Positions 1 through 9,713 are shown, numbered from the stretch's first letter. The stretch: DNA of 64,000 nt from Collinsella sp. (GCA_048321375.1 DBFDVR010000013.1:17543-81542); one strand, 5' to 3'. Notes: generated by a model from the letters alone, not told the origin. Program-made: numbers and translations.

Positions 1-17
1 GGACTGGCAGCTGTAGG

Positions 18-50
18 AATATGACAAAGGGGCAGTCCCTTTGTCATATT
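18..50. repeat. REP-like palindrome (14-bp perfect stem)
   Basis: AATATGACAAAGGG-gcagt-CCCTTTGTCATATT; related core at 23246-23278. Confidence 0.6.
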
Positions 51-95
51 GAGTTCACCCCCATAGTTTCCAAAAAGTTAACCTTTGTTGACCTT

Positions 96-119
96 AATAG
101 TTAGATAAACTAAACTATT
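96..119. promoter_or_regulatory. Candidate DtxR/MntR-family metal-repressor operator
   Basis: Imperfect palindrome AATAGTTAG-ataaa-CTAAACTATT with TTAG-N5-CTAA core, upstream of a metal ATPase operon. Confidence 0.45.
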
Positions 120-203
120 TTCCAAAAGTGTGCTCGAGCAAACTTATTTGCTCGGGTGTTGAGGCACCGTGCCGCGTCTAATGCGGCAAAAGGGAGAAGC
201 AAC

Positions 204-449
204 ATGAAGAAGTCGACGTTTAACACCCTGCTTGTCGGTGGCGGTTTTCTGCTTGGCACGGCCGGCATCAAGCTGCTTACCAGCGCTCCGGTCAAGAATG
301 CCTGCGTGCAGGGTATCGCGTGCGGTATGCGCGTCAAGAACTGCTACCAGGACATGGTCGAGCAGGCCAAGGCCAATGTCGATGACATGGTTGCCGAGGC
401 TGCCTACATCACCCAGAGCGAGGCCGCTGCTGATGAGGCAGCTGAGTAA
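204..449 (+). CDS. Small membrane-anchored accessory protein of the metal ATPase operon (DUF6110-like)
   Basis: GGGAG RBS, ATG at 204, Gly-rich hydrophobic N-terminus, acidic tail, directly upstream of the ATPase. Confidence 0.8.
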   Translation: MKKSTFNTLLVGGGFLLGTAGIKLLTSAPVKNACVQGIACGMRVKNCYQDMVEQAKANVDDMVAEAAYITQSEAAADEAAE

Positions 450-467
450 CGCTCCCAGGCACAAACT

Positions 468-2543
468 ATGAGATTCTCGATTATTAGCGAGATCCCCGGC
501 AGGACCCGTCTTCAATTGGCGGGTCCTGTGCCAGAGAGCGATCTCGATGCACTTCTTAAGCTCAGCGGCGATTTCGACGGCGTGCGCAAAGTGCGCGTTT
601 ATGGCCGTATTGGCCAGATGGCGCTCGAATATGACGAGCAGTGTCGTGCGGGCGTGCTCGACGCCTTGGGCGCGCTCGATGCCCAGGCCATTGCCGACGC
701 AAAGACGGGTTACGTGATGCAGCTTGAGCCGCGCAAGCACAAGCTCGTTATGGATCTTGCCACACTTATCGGCGCCCACTACGCGCGCCGCTGGTTCTTG
801 CCTACGCCGCTGCGTGCCATCTTTGTCGTGGCCGGTTACATGACCTTTTTGCGCGCCGCCCTCCGTGAGCTTGCACAGCCGCGCCTGACCGTTCCTGTGC
901 TCGACGCTTCGGCCATCGGTATCTCGTTTGCCAAACGTGACGTCGACACCGCGGGGCAGACGATGTTCCTGCTCAACGTGGGCGAGCTGCTCGAGGACTA
1001 CACACGCGCCATGAGCGAAAACGAGCTCATCAACTCGCTGCTTGATGTGCCCGACAAGGCGCAAAAGGTCGTCGGCGACACCGAGGTAAGCGTTGCCGCC
1101 ACCGAGCTTGAGCCCGGCGATCTGGTCGCCGTGCGCACTGGCATGTCCATTTGCATCGACGGTGTTGTCGAGCAGGGGAGCGCTATGGTCAACCAGGCGA
1201 CCCTGACCGGCGAGCCGCTTGCCGTCGAGCGCAGCGCGGGCGACGATGTATTCGCTGGCACCGTCGTGGAAGACGGCAGTATCTTGGTGCGTGTGCGCGC
1301 CAACACGGCTCAGACCAAGCTCCGCTCGATCGTCTCGCTCGTGCAGACGGCCGACTCGCTCAAGTCCGAGGGTCAGTCGCACATGGAGGACCTCGCCAAC
1401 AAGATCGTCCCGTGGAACTTCCTGCTTGCGGGTCTGGTCGCGCTCACCACGCGCAGCCTCATCAAGACCTCGGCGGCGTTGATGGTCGACTACTCGTGCG
1501 CACTCAAGCTCACGGGTTCCGTTGCCGTCATGACCGCTATGAGCGATGCCGCCAAGATGGGCGTCATGGTCAAGGGCGCGAAGTACTTTGAGTCGTTTGC
1601 CAAGGCCGATACCATCGTGTTTGATAAGACCGGCACGCTCACCGAGGCGCAGCCGCGTCTTGCCTGCGTGCTCACCACCGATGGCTGGAGCGAGGACGAG
1701 ATTCTGCGCCTTTCCGCCTGCTTAGAGGAGCATTTCCCGCATCCGGTGGCCCGCGCCGTGGTCAATGCGGCACGCGAGCGCGAGCTCGAGCATCGCGAGC
1801 GCCATGCTGCCGTCGAGTACATCGTGGCGCACGGCATCGCTTCGTCCATTGAAGGGCGTCGCGCCATCATCGGTTCCGCGCACTTTGTATTTGAGGACGA
1901 GGGTGCGCAGCTCGAGTCCGACATTAAGGATCAAATCGAGTTCCAGATGCAGGGCTTGTCGCCGTTGTATCTGGCGGTCGACGGCACGGTCGTGGGCGTG
2001 CTCGGCATCGAGGATCCGCTCAAGCCCGGGGTCCGCGAGGCCATCGCCGACCTGCATGCGCTGGGCGTCAAGCATGTCGTTATGCTCACGGGCGACTCCG
2101 AGCGCACGGCCGAGCGCATTGCGCGAGAGGCGGGGGTCGACGAGTTTAAGGCCGAGCTGCTGCCCGAGGACAAGTACGCCTATGTGGAGCGCATTAAGAG
2201 CGAGGGGCGCCACGTTGCCATGGTGGGCGACGGCGTCAACGATTCGCCGGCGCTCGGTTTGGCCGATGTGGGTCTGGCCATGGGCGGCGGAAGCGACATC
2301 GCCAAGGAGGTCGCCGATATCATCCTGACTGATACGGATCTCGCTGCGATCGTACGCCTGCGCCGCATGAGCCAGGGCCTCGTTGATCGTCTGACGAGCT
2401 CCTACTCTAAGGTGATGCTCACCAACTCAGCGCTCTTGGCACTGGGTATTACCGGCGTGATTACCCCGCAGGCGTCGTCGCTGTTGCACAACGGCTCGAC
2501 GATTGCGTACAGCTTGGGCAACGCGAAAGCGTATCTGCGTTAG
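468..2543 (+). CDS. Heavy-metal translocating P1B-type ATPase (SCA-motif subgroup)
   Basis: TGE, DYSCAL, DKTGT, HP and GDGVND motifs. Confidence 0.95.
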   Translation: MRFSIISEIPGRTRLQLAGPVPESDLDALLKLSGDFDGVRKVRVYGRIGQMALEYDEQCRAGVLDALGALDAQAIADAKTGYVMQLEPRKHKLVMDLATLIGAHYARRWFLPTPLRAIFVVAGYMTFLRAALRELAQPRLTVPVLDASAIGISFAKRDVDTAGQTMFLLNVGELLEDYTRAMSENELINSLLDVPDKAQKVVGDTEVSVAATELEPGDLVAVRTGMSICIDGVVEQGSAMVNQATLTGEPLAVERSAGDDVFAGTVVEDGSILVRVRANTAQTKLRSIVSLVQTADSLKSEGQSHMEDLANKIVPWNFLLAGLVALTTRSLIKTSAALMVDYSCALKLTGSVAVMTAMSDAAKMGVMVKGAKYFESFAKADTIVFDKTGTLTEAQPRLACVLTTDGWSEDEILRLSACLEEHFPHPVARAVVNAARERELEHRERHAAVEYIVAHGIASSIEGRRAIIGSAHFVFEDEGAQLESDIKDQIEFQMQGLSPLYLAVDGTVVGVLGIEDPLKPGVREAIADLHALGVKHVVMLTGDSERTAERIAREAGVDEFKAELLPEDKYAYVERIKSEGRHVAMVGDGVNDSPALGLADVGLAMGGGSDIAKEVADIILTDTDLAAIVRLRRMSQGLVDRLTSSYSKVMLTNSALLALGITGVITPQASSLLHNGSTIAYSLGNAKAYLR

Positions 2544-2562
2544 GGTTTTCGATTGAGCTTAT

Positions 2563-2609
2563 GGCCTGCACCCGGGCGGTACCGCAGCCGCCAGGGTGCA
2601 GGCCTTTTT
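2563..2609 (+). terminator. Intrinsic terminator between convergent genes
   Basis: GGCCTGCACCC...GGGTGCAGGCC followed by a T run. Confidence 0.7.
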
Positions 2610-3042
2610 AGGCAAGTGCAGCTTTGATGGCAGGGGCTCCGGTGAGCTGCTCGGCTGCCTTTTCGTCGGAGCTGTCGAGTGCTGCCAGACTGCGGTAGAC
2701 CCACTCGTTGACCTGGGTGTTCTTGACGCCTGCGGTCTGCATAAGGGTGCCTACCTCGCGGATTGCTGCGAGCAAGTCGGCTTTGGGGCCTACGAGCTCG
2801 ACCGTGAGGTCGTGGTAGGCGGTCACTCCGCGGTTTTCGCTCACGTGGTCGATAAAGCCCTCGACGGTCTCAAGCTGCTGGGCGAGAACGGCTTCATCGT
2901 TAGCGTCCAGCGCGACGAGTGCGTTCGATACCGTGAGGGCGGGATGTCCGCAGGGGACAAAGCCCTCGATGACATCCATAGCTTCGGTAATGGTTGAGCC
3001 CAGGCCTGCGAGTGCATTGACGAGTTGCTGCTTGGTATCCAT
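2608..3042 (-). CDS. Hypothetical helical protein, 144 aa
   Basis: AAGGA RBS before MDTKQQ; genome-typical codon use; the longer ORF call overlaps tmRNA. Confidence 0.75.
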   Translation of the reverse strand: MDTKQQLVNALAGLGSTITEAMDVIEGFVPCGHPALTVSNALVALDANDEAVLAQQLETVEGFIDHVSENRGVTAYHDLTVELVGPKADLLAAIREVGTLMQTAGVKNTQVNEWVYRSLAALDSSDEKAAEQLTGAPAIKAALA

Positions 3043-3279
3043 AACGGTCCTTTCGACGGGTCGATTGTGCTTGGCGAAAATATACGTGACGAGATCGGTA
3101 GCAAAAGTGCGAAGTGCAGCGCACATTGGGGTCTTCACAGCTCGTGCATAGAACAGCTGTCCGCTTTCAGAACGTGGTAAGATAACACTCCACAAGCGGG
3201 GCTCGCCCCGTATGTTCCTTGAAAAGTCGACGGGTGTTGGGTACTCGTGCCCAATGCCATCCAGACTTTCCCGACATTC

Positions 3280-3643
3280 GGGGGCGACTGGTTTCGACAC
3301 GATAGCTCTGAGAGAGGAAGCAAGCCGAGGTCTCCTCGCCTCGTTAAACAGGGGTACCGTCAAATTGAATTGACAACAACTCTTCTTTTGAGCCTATGGC
3401 TCTCGCTGCTTAGTTTATAGCGGCGCGTCAACCCGGTGATTTCCCCGACACCGGCGCGACGTCATTTTAGGGGAATGCTCCTGCGCACGTAATCGGTATG
3501 GCGCAGGCTAAGACCGAACCGGTTAGGACGCCGCGAGCGTGTCGCTGCGCGCAAAGCGTCCGAGACAAAACCAGCGACTGAGCTTGGAGATGCCAATCAG
3601 GGGGCTTTCGTGGACCGGAGTTCGATTCTCCGCGCCTCCACCA
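3280..3643 (+). ncRNA. ssrA: tmRNA; tag peptide (A)DNNSSFEPMALAA at 3372-3413
   Basis: 5' GGGGGCG pairs with 3' CGCCTCC-ACCA including G3:U; T-arm GGAGTTCGATTCTCC; tag frame ends ALAA-stop. Confidence 0.97.
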
Positions 3644-3651
3644 TAAGTAAC

Positions 3652-3685
3652 AGGCAGGTAGATATTCGTATCTACCTGCCTTTTT
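3652..3685 (+). terminator. ssrA terminator
   Basis: AGGCAGGTAGATA-ttcg-TATCTACCTGCCT followed by a T run. Confidence 0.9.
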
Positions 3686-3698
3686 ATTTCTAGTCCGT

Positions 3699-3953
3699 AC
3701 CGCGGAGAATCGAACTCTATGTAGGGCGCGGGCGTAAAGAAAACGCGTGAGCGTTTTTAGCCCGCGGGCGAGGACGCCGGCAGGCGGCCGAAGCCGGTGC
3801 GGATTTGCGAAGCAAATACGCGGATTCTCCGCGCAATGCCCCAGCCCAATATAGATGCGATGCCGATCGGGCGCCTTGCCCCGGCCTCGCCCCATCAACG
3901 GATCCCCCAAACCGCGGAGAATCGAACTCTATGCAGGGCGCGGGCGTAAAGAA
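3699..3953. repeat. tmRNA T-arm-mimicking structured element (3699-3834) plus partial second copy (3911-3953)
   Basis: 43-bp direct repeat, 42/43 identical; begins with a 17-nt reverse complement of tmRNA 3618-3634. Confidence 0.85.
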
Positions 3954-3970
3954 GGCACTGCGGCAACGCA

Positions 3971-4235
3971 GAGTGAGACGTGCATTCCCAATGGCAGCCC
4001 AGGCGGAAAGCGCGTCCCGGAATCTGCGCTCAGACTGGGACGTAGTTTCCGGATGGCGCCTCAAGCGGAAACTACGACCCGGAATCGAGCCGTAGAGTGG
4101 GACATGCTTTCCCAATGGCAGCTCAAGCGGAAAGTACATCCCGGAATCCTCATTCGGAATGGGATGCAGTTTCCAAATGAATGGCTAGCGGAAAATTCAT
4201 CCCAGAATCGCCCCTCAGACTGGGACGTGCTTTCC
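3971..4235. repeat. Tandem array of ~62-bp palindromic units (about 4.3 copies)
   Basis: Unit starts at 3971, 4033, 4095, 4157, 4218; each unit is roughly GGGAC...TTTCC-N~16-GGAAA...TCCC-GGAATC. Confidence 0.85.
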
Positions 4236-4357
4236 CCGGGGCAACTCATGCTCTGGGGTTGGCTTGACCGCCACGCCCTTCTCAACTCCAAAACCTGTGC
4301 GCTCTCTATCTCAAAACTGGGTAGAAGAAAGCCAAAACGCAATCGCAGGAGGTCAAT

Positions 4358-5236
4358 ATGACTGCAGAAGATAAGGCAAAGAACGCCGGCAAGGTCGCGC
4401 TCGTCCTGGAGGGCGGCAGTTTTCGCGGGCAGTTTACCGCGGGCGTGCTCGACGTCCTCATGGAGGCTGGCGTCGAGATTCCGGCGGTATATGGCGTATC
4501 GGCTGGCGCCCTCAACGGCGTGAACTACAAGTCGCACCAGATCGGCCGTGCCAACCGCATCAACCTGGCTTTCTGCAACGACAGCCGCTACATGGGCGCC
4601 GCATCGTTTGCGTCCACGGGCTCTATTGTGGGTTATGACTTTATCTTCAACGATGTCCAGGACCGCCTAGACCCCTTCGATAACGAGACGTTCGACGCGA
4701 GTCCCATCGAGATGTACGCCGTCGCGACGGACATGCTCTTTGGAACCGCCACGTACCTGCCGGTCAAAAGCGCCGTGCTCGACCTCGATGCTGTGCGCGC
4801 CTCGACGTCGCTGCCGCTAGTGACGCCGCCGGTCGAGATTGACGGGCACAAATACGTCGACGGCGGCGTAGCCGATTCGGTCCCTATCGAGCATGTGCTC
4901 GAGGAGGCGGGCTTCGACCGTGCGGTCGTTATCGTTACGCAGGACCGCTCATACGAGAAAAAACCTTACGAGTTTATGCCCGCCGCGCGCGCCCGCTATG
5001 CCGACTACCCCTACCTGCTCGAGGCTATCGAGACGCGCCACGATCTCTATAACATCCAGCGCATGCGTCTGTGGAAGTATGAGCGCGAGGGCCGTGCGTT
5101 GGTCGTTGCTCCGCAAAAGCCGGTCGAGGTCGGCCATGTTGAGCACGATCCGGCAAAGCTCCTCGACCTGTATATTCAAGGTCGCCAGGAGGCAAAGCGC
5201 TTGCTGGGAGATATCGAGGCGTTTGTCGAGCGCTAG
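4358..5236 (+). CDS. Patatin-like phospholipase family protein
   Basis: LEGGSFRG, GVSAG and DGG motifs; AGGAGG RBS. Confidence 0.93.
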   Translation: MTAEDKAKNAGKVALVLEGGSFRGQFTAGVLDVLMEAGVEIPAVYGVSAGALNGVNYKSHQIGRANRINLAFCNDSRYMGAASFASTGSIVGYDFIFNDVQDRLDPFDNETFDASPIEMYAVATDMLFGTATYLPVKSAVLDLDAVRASTSLPLVTPPVEIDGHKYVDGGVADSVPIEHVLEEAGFDRAVVIVTQDRSYEKKPYEFMPAARARYADYPYLLEAIETRHDLYNIQRMRLWKYEREGRALVVAPQKPVEVGHVEHDPAKLLDLYIQGRQEAKRLLGDIEAFVER

Positions 5237-5299
5237 TGTCGCGACGTCATGACCCATGGACGACATGTGCAGAAACTCTGGTCGGAGCCAAAATACCTG

Positions 5300-5327
5300 T
5301 TGACTCGAGCGGCGAGCGGGGTAATAT
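5300..5327 (+). promoter_or_regulatory. Putative sigma70-type promoter of rplM-rpsI
   Basis: TTGACT-N16-TAATAT. Confidence 0.5.
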
Positions 5328-5393
5328 GGACGGGTTACTTGCAGAGCCCCGTGAATCTCTGTAACAACACGTACTGTACATGGAGGAGTCTAA

Positions 5394-5837
5394 GTGATTT
5401 CGAAATCGACTCACTACGCCAAGCAGGGCGAGGTCCAGCGCAACTGGGTTCTCGTCGACGCCGATGGTGCTGTCCTGGGCCGTCTTGCCACCCAGATCGC
5501 AATGATCCTGCGCGGTAAGAACAAGCCCCAGTTCACGCCCAACAGCGACTGCGGCGACTTCGTTGTCGTCATCAACGCCGATAAGGTCCAGCTTACCGGT
5601 AACAAGGCCGACACGAAGACCTATTATCGCCACAGCGGCTACAACGGCGGCCTCAAGGCTGAGAGCTTCCGCCAGGCTATGGAGAAGCACCCGGAGAAGG
5701 TCATCGAGCGCGCCGTTCGCGGCATGCTGCCCAAGACCACCCTCGGCCGTGCCCAGATGACCAAGCTTAAGGTCTACGCTGGTGCCGAGCATCCGCACGC
5801 TGCCCAGAACCCCACGAAGATTGAGCTGGAGGCTTAA
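5394..5837 (+). CDS. rplM: 50S ribosomal protein L13
   Basis: LGRLAT...LRGKNKP...GDFVVVINA motif. Confidence 0.98.
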   Translation: MISKSTHYAKQGEVQRNWVLVDADGAVLGRLATQIAMILRGKNKPQFTPNSDCGDFVVVINADKVQLTGNKADTKTYYRHSGYNGGLKAESFRQAMEKHPEKVIERAVRGMLPKTTLGRAQMTKLKVYAGAEHPHAAQNPTKIELEA

Positions 5838-5839
5838 AG

Positions 5840-6235
<396 letters not shown>

Positions 6236-6265
6236 GGTTTTATCTCCTTTCGAGATACAATGTAC

Positions 6266-6309
6266 AAGCGGGGCCTGCCGATTGCTCGGCGGGTCCCGCT
6301 TTTCTTTTT
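6266..6309 (+). terminator. rpsI terminator
   Basis: AAGCGGGGCCTGCCG...CGGCGGGTCCCGCTT followed by a T-rich tail. Confidence 0.8.
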
Positions 6310-6358
6310 CGACTAGGGTGGGCGGTTGCATATCGCCTGCTAGGGAAGGAGCAATCCT

Positions 6359-7696
6359 ATGCCCCAGAACATCTTCGGTACCGACGGCGTCCGTGGCGTC
6401 GCCAACGCCGACCTCTCGTGCGACCTCGCGTTTCGCCTGGGCCGCGCGGCGACCAAGTTCCTTGGTCCGGATATCTGCATCGGCCGTGACACGCGCCTTT
6501 CGGGCACCATGCTCGAGAGCGCTCTGACCGCCGGCATTATGGCCGAGGGCGGCCGCCCGCACTGCTGCGGCGTTATCCCCACGCCCGCCGTGGCGCTGCT
6601 CACTGTTCAAAACGAGCTCGATGGCGGCATCGTCATCTCTGCTTCGCATAATCCGCCGGAGTTCAACGGCATCAAGTTCTTTAGCCGCAAGGGTATGAAG
6701 CTTCCCGATGCTGTCGAGGAAGAGATCAGCGCCTGGGTCATGTCCGAGGAAGCCATGGCTGCCGACACGCTGCCGACCGGTGCCGGCGTGGGCCACATCA
6801 TCAAGATGAAGGACGCTCGCAAGGCATACGTCGACCACGCCATCGATACGCTTGATGGCCTGAGGCTCGACGGCCTGGTCGTTGCCGTCGACTGCGGCCA
6901 CGGTGCTTCTTGCCAGACCACGCCCGCCGCGCTGCAGCGCCTGGGCGCCACGGTCCATGCCATCAACACCGATTACTGCGGCACTGACATTAACGTTGAG
7001 TGCGGCTCTACGCACCTTGAGCCCCTGCGCGAGCTCGTGCTGCGCACCCACGCCGATATCGGCTTGGCCCACGACGGCGACGCCGACCGCGTGCTGTTCG
7101 TGGACAGCGAGGGCAATGAGATCGACGGTGACTACATCCTGGCTATCTGCGGTTCTGATCTCGCCGCTCGCGGCAAGCTCGCCAACTCCGAGATCGTCTC
7201 GACCGTCATGTGCAACCTGGGCTTCTCCATCGCTATGAAGGAGCAGGGCTTCGAGATGGTTCAGACCGCCGTGGGCGACCGCTACGTTCTGGAGCGCATG
7301 CTCGCGGACGGCGCCGTCATCGGCGGTGAACAGTCCGGCCACATCATTTTCCTGGAGCACAACACCACCGGCGACGGCTTGGTGACGGCTCTGCAGCTTC
7401 TGGCCGTGCTCAAGCGCACCGGTCGTACCCTCACCGATCTTGCCGGTATCATGAAGAAGTACCCGCAGGTACTCGTCAACGTGCATTCCGACAACAAGGC
7501 CGGTCTGGACGATTGCCAGCCCATCTGGGATGCCGTCGCTGCTGCCGAGAAGGAGCTTGACGGCCGCGGCCGCATTCTGGTGCGTCCGAGTGGCACCGAG
7601 CCGCTGGTCCGCGTGATGGCCGAGGCCGAGACGCACGAGCTGACCCAGCGCGTTGTCGACGACATCGTCGAGGTTGTCAAGCGCGAACTTCCCTAA
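6359..7696 (+). CDS. glmM: Phosphoglucosamine mutase
   Basis: FGTDGVRG, ISASHNP, DGDADR, RPSGTEP; position after rpsI. Confidence 0.96.
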   Translation: MPQNIFGTDGVRGVANADLSCDLAFRLGRAATKFLGPDICIGRDTRLSGTMLESALTAGIMAEGGRPHCCGVIPTPAVALLTVQNELDGGIVISASHNPPEFNGIKFFSRKGMKLPDAVEEEISAWVMSEEAMAADTLPTGAGVGHIIKMKDARKAYVDHAIDTLDGLRLDGLVVAVDCGHGASCQTTPAALQRLGATVHAINTDYCGTDINVECGSTHLEPLRELVLRTHADIGLAHDGDADRVLFVDSEGNEIDGDYILAICGSDLAARGKLANSEIVSTVMCNLGFSIAMKEQGFEMVQTAVGDRYVLERMLADGAVIGGEQSGHIIFLEHNTTGDGLVTALQLLAVLKRTGRTLTDLAGIMKKYPQVLVNVHSDNKAGLDDCQPIWDAVAAAEKELDGRGRILVRPSGTEPLVRVMAEAETHELTQRVVDDIVEVVKRELP

Positions 7697-7767
7697 TGGT
7701 CAAAAACGGGTGCCAAGTGGTAAACTGTTAAGGTTATTTTGGTTGATCGGTATGTCCGAGGGGGAGC

Positions 7768-8265
7768 ATGTTCACTAAAGTCCTAAGGTCTTTTGGTATG
7801 CGTGGTCGAGTCCTTACGCTGGATGCTCCCATCTCGGGCGACGTCATTCCGCTTTCCGAGGTAAACGACCAGACGTTTGCCACCGGCCTTTTGGGCCAGG
7901 GCGTGGCGATTCAGCCCACCGGAACGCGTGTGATTGCACCGGCTGATGCCAAGGTCGAGGCCATTTTTCCCACGGGACACGCTGTTGCGCTTAACACGGT
8001 CGATGGCTTGGACGTGCTCATCCACGTTGGTTTGGATACCGTTCAGCTCGAGGGCAAGCACTTTACCGTACATGCGCAAGTGGGTGACATCGTCCATAAG
8101 GGCGATGTACTCATTGAGTTCGATCGCGAGGCAATTGCTGCCGAGGGCTATGATGTGACGGTTCCCATCTTGGTGTGCAACTCCGTTGAGTTCTCGAGTA
8201 TCAAGGGCTCCGTTGGCGTGCATGTCGAAGAGATGGACCAGCTCATCGTTGCTCGCGAGCGCTAG
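7768..8265 (+). CDS. PTS glucose-family EIIA component
   Basis: DQTFATGLLGQG, FPTGHA, LIHVGLDTV. Confidence 0.93.
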   Translation: MFTKVLRSFGMRGRVLTLDAPISGDVIPLSEVNDQTFATGLLGQGVAIQPTGTRVIAPADAKVEAIFPTGHAVALNTVDGLDVLIHVGLDTVQLEGKHFTVHAQVGDIVHKGDVLIEFDREAIAAEGYDVTVPILVCNSVEFSSIKGSVGVHVEEMDQLIVARER

Positions 8266-8536
8266 CAAGTGCACGTGGCCATTAGCCTACAATTCAAACA
8301 CGTTTACGGAGGGCGCCCTTGAAAGAGGACGCCCTCCGTGGCAAGATGGGATTTGTCCGAAGCCAAACAGCTTCGGGTCACCGTGGACGGGCAGGGGCCT
8401 CGACGCGGCTAGACACGAGACACATACATTACGCGACCTCGCCCTGGTGGCCGCACACGTTGGTTGCGGCCGACGCGGGCCGCGGGCAAGTGCTTGTAAG
8501 GGAGCCTTGCCTCTCTTGTACGAGAAAGGACGCGTA

Positions 8537-9265
8537 ATGAAGATCATTAAAGCTAAAGACTACGAGGATATGAGCCGCAAGGCCGCTAATATCATCTCGG
8601 CGCAGGTTATCCTCAAGCCCGACTGTGTGCTGGGCCTTGCCACCGGCTCCACCCCGATCGGTGCCTACAAGCAGCTCGCTGCTTGGTACGAGAAGGGCGA
8701 CGTCGACTTTGCCGAGGTCAGCACCTACAACCTAGACGAGTATCGCGGCCTTTCGCACGACGATCCCCAGAGCTATCACTACTTCATGCGTGAGAACTTC
8801 TTCGATCACATCAACATCGACCTGAACAACACGCATGTGCCCGACGGTTCCAACCCCGACGCCGCCGCTGCCTGCTCTGAGTACGACAAGATTGTCGCCG
8901 ACGCCGGTTACCCAGATCTGCAGCTGCTCGGCATCGGCAACAACGGCCACATCGGCTTCAACGAGCCCGATGACCACTTCTCCAAGGGCACGCACTGCGT
9001 CGACCTCACCGAGAGCACCATTCAGGCCAACAGCCGCCTGTTCGACAGCATCGACGATGTTCCCCGTCAGGCCTACACCATGGGTACCCAGACCATCATG
9101 TATGCCCGCATGATCCTGGTCGTCGCCAACGGCGAGGCCAAGGCTCAGGCCGTGCATGACATGTGCTATGGTCCGGTTACGCCCGAGTGCCCGGCTTCGA
9201 TCCTGCAGCTGCACACCAACTGCGTTGTCGTTGCCGACGAGGCCGCCCTTTCGCTCTGCGAGTAG
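8537..9265 (+). CDS. nagB: Glucosamine-6-phosphate deaminase
   Basis: LGLATGSTP, NLDEY, GIGNNGHIGFNEP; AAGGA RBS before ATG at 8537. Confidence 0.96.
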   Translation: MKIIKAKDYEDMSRKAANIISAQVILKPDCVLGLATGSTPIGAYKQLAAWYEKGDVDFAEVSTYNLDEYRGLSHDDPQSYHYFMRENFFDHINIDLNNTHVPDGSNPDAAAACSEYDKIVADAGYPDLQLLGIGNNGHIGFNEPDDHFSKGTHCVDLTESTIQANSRLFDSIDDVPRQAYTMGTQTIMYARMILVVANGEAKAQAVHDMCYGPVTPECPASILQLHTNCVVVADEAALSLCE

Positions 9266-9297
9266 CGCGAATCCTGCAGCTCGACATAGCCTTGCCT

Positions 9298-9325
9298 AAG
9301 GCCTCCGCTTTGCGGGGGCCTTTTT
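9298..9325 (+). terminator. nagB terminator
   Basis: AAGGCCTCCGC-ttt-GCGGGGGCCTT followed by a T run. Confidence 0.8.
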
Positions 9326-9713
9326 GCTATCCCTTTTCGCCCACTTGACCAAAATCTTGCCGCAAACTTGACGAATGCCGGATGCCCAACAGCTTGATTC
9401 ATTCTATATCAGATTCTATGCAAAAATGCCACTAGAAGGTCGTAGACGGTAGCGGGTGCTAGGCGAGTTGAATGACATAGCTGAACCTTGTTCATCTGCG
9501 TTACACTGCCGCTTAGATGGGACAAGCTGACAAGCTCATTTACCTGCTTAAAGACCGATTAGTCGGGGGATTAATAACAATCGGCCCTCGCTGTACAAAA
9601 ACTTGCCGCTTGCGTACCAAAAGACAACCTAAAACACAAGGTCGCTCTATTCATAGCGCGGCTTGTATGGTCTTGCGGCTACAGTGTCCATACGGTCGAG
9701 TTGAGGAGCGGGC

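Noticed and set aside
3043..3363. N-terminal extension of the 251-aa ORF
   Set aside because: It overlaps tmRNA and its promoter; the RBS supports a start at 3042.
3971..4235. CRISPR array
   Set aside because: Repeats are degenerate, the intervening loops are short and related to each other, and no cas genes are present.
3644..4357. Prophage or integrative element at tmRNA
   Set aside because: No integrase or cargo; the main tmRNA match is inverted and lacks the CCA end.
8290..8530. glmS ribozyme before nagB
   Set aside because: The conserved AGCGCC...GACGAGG core was not found.
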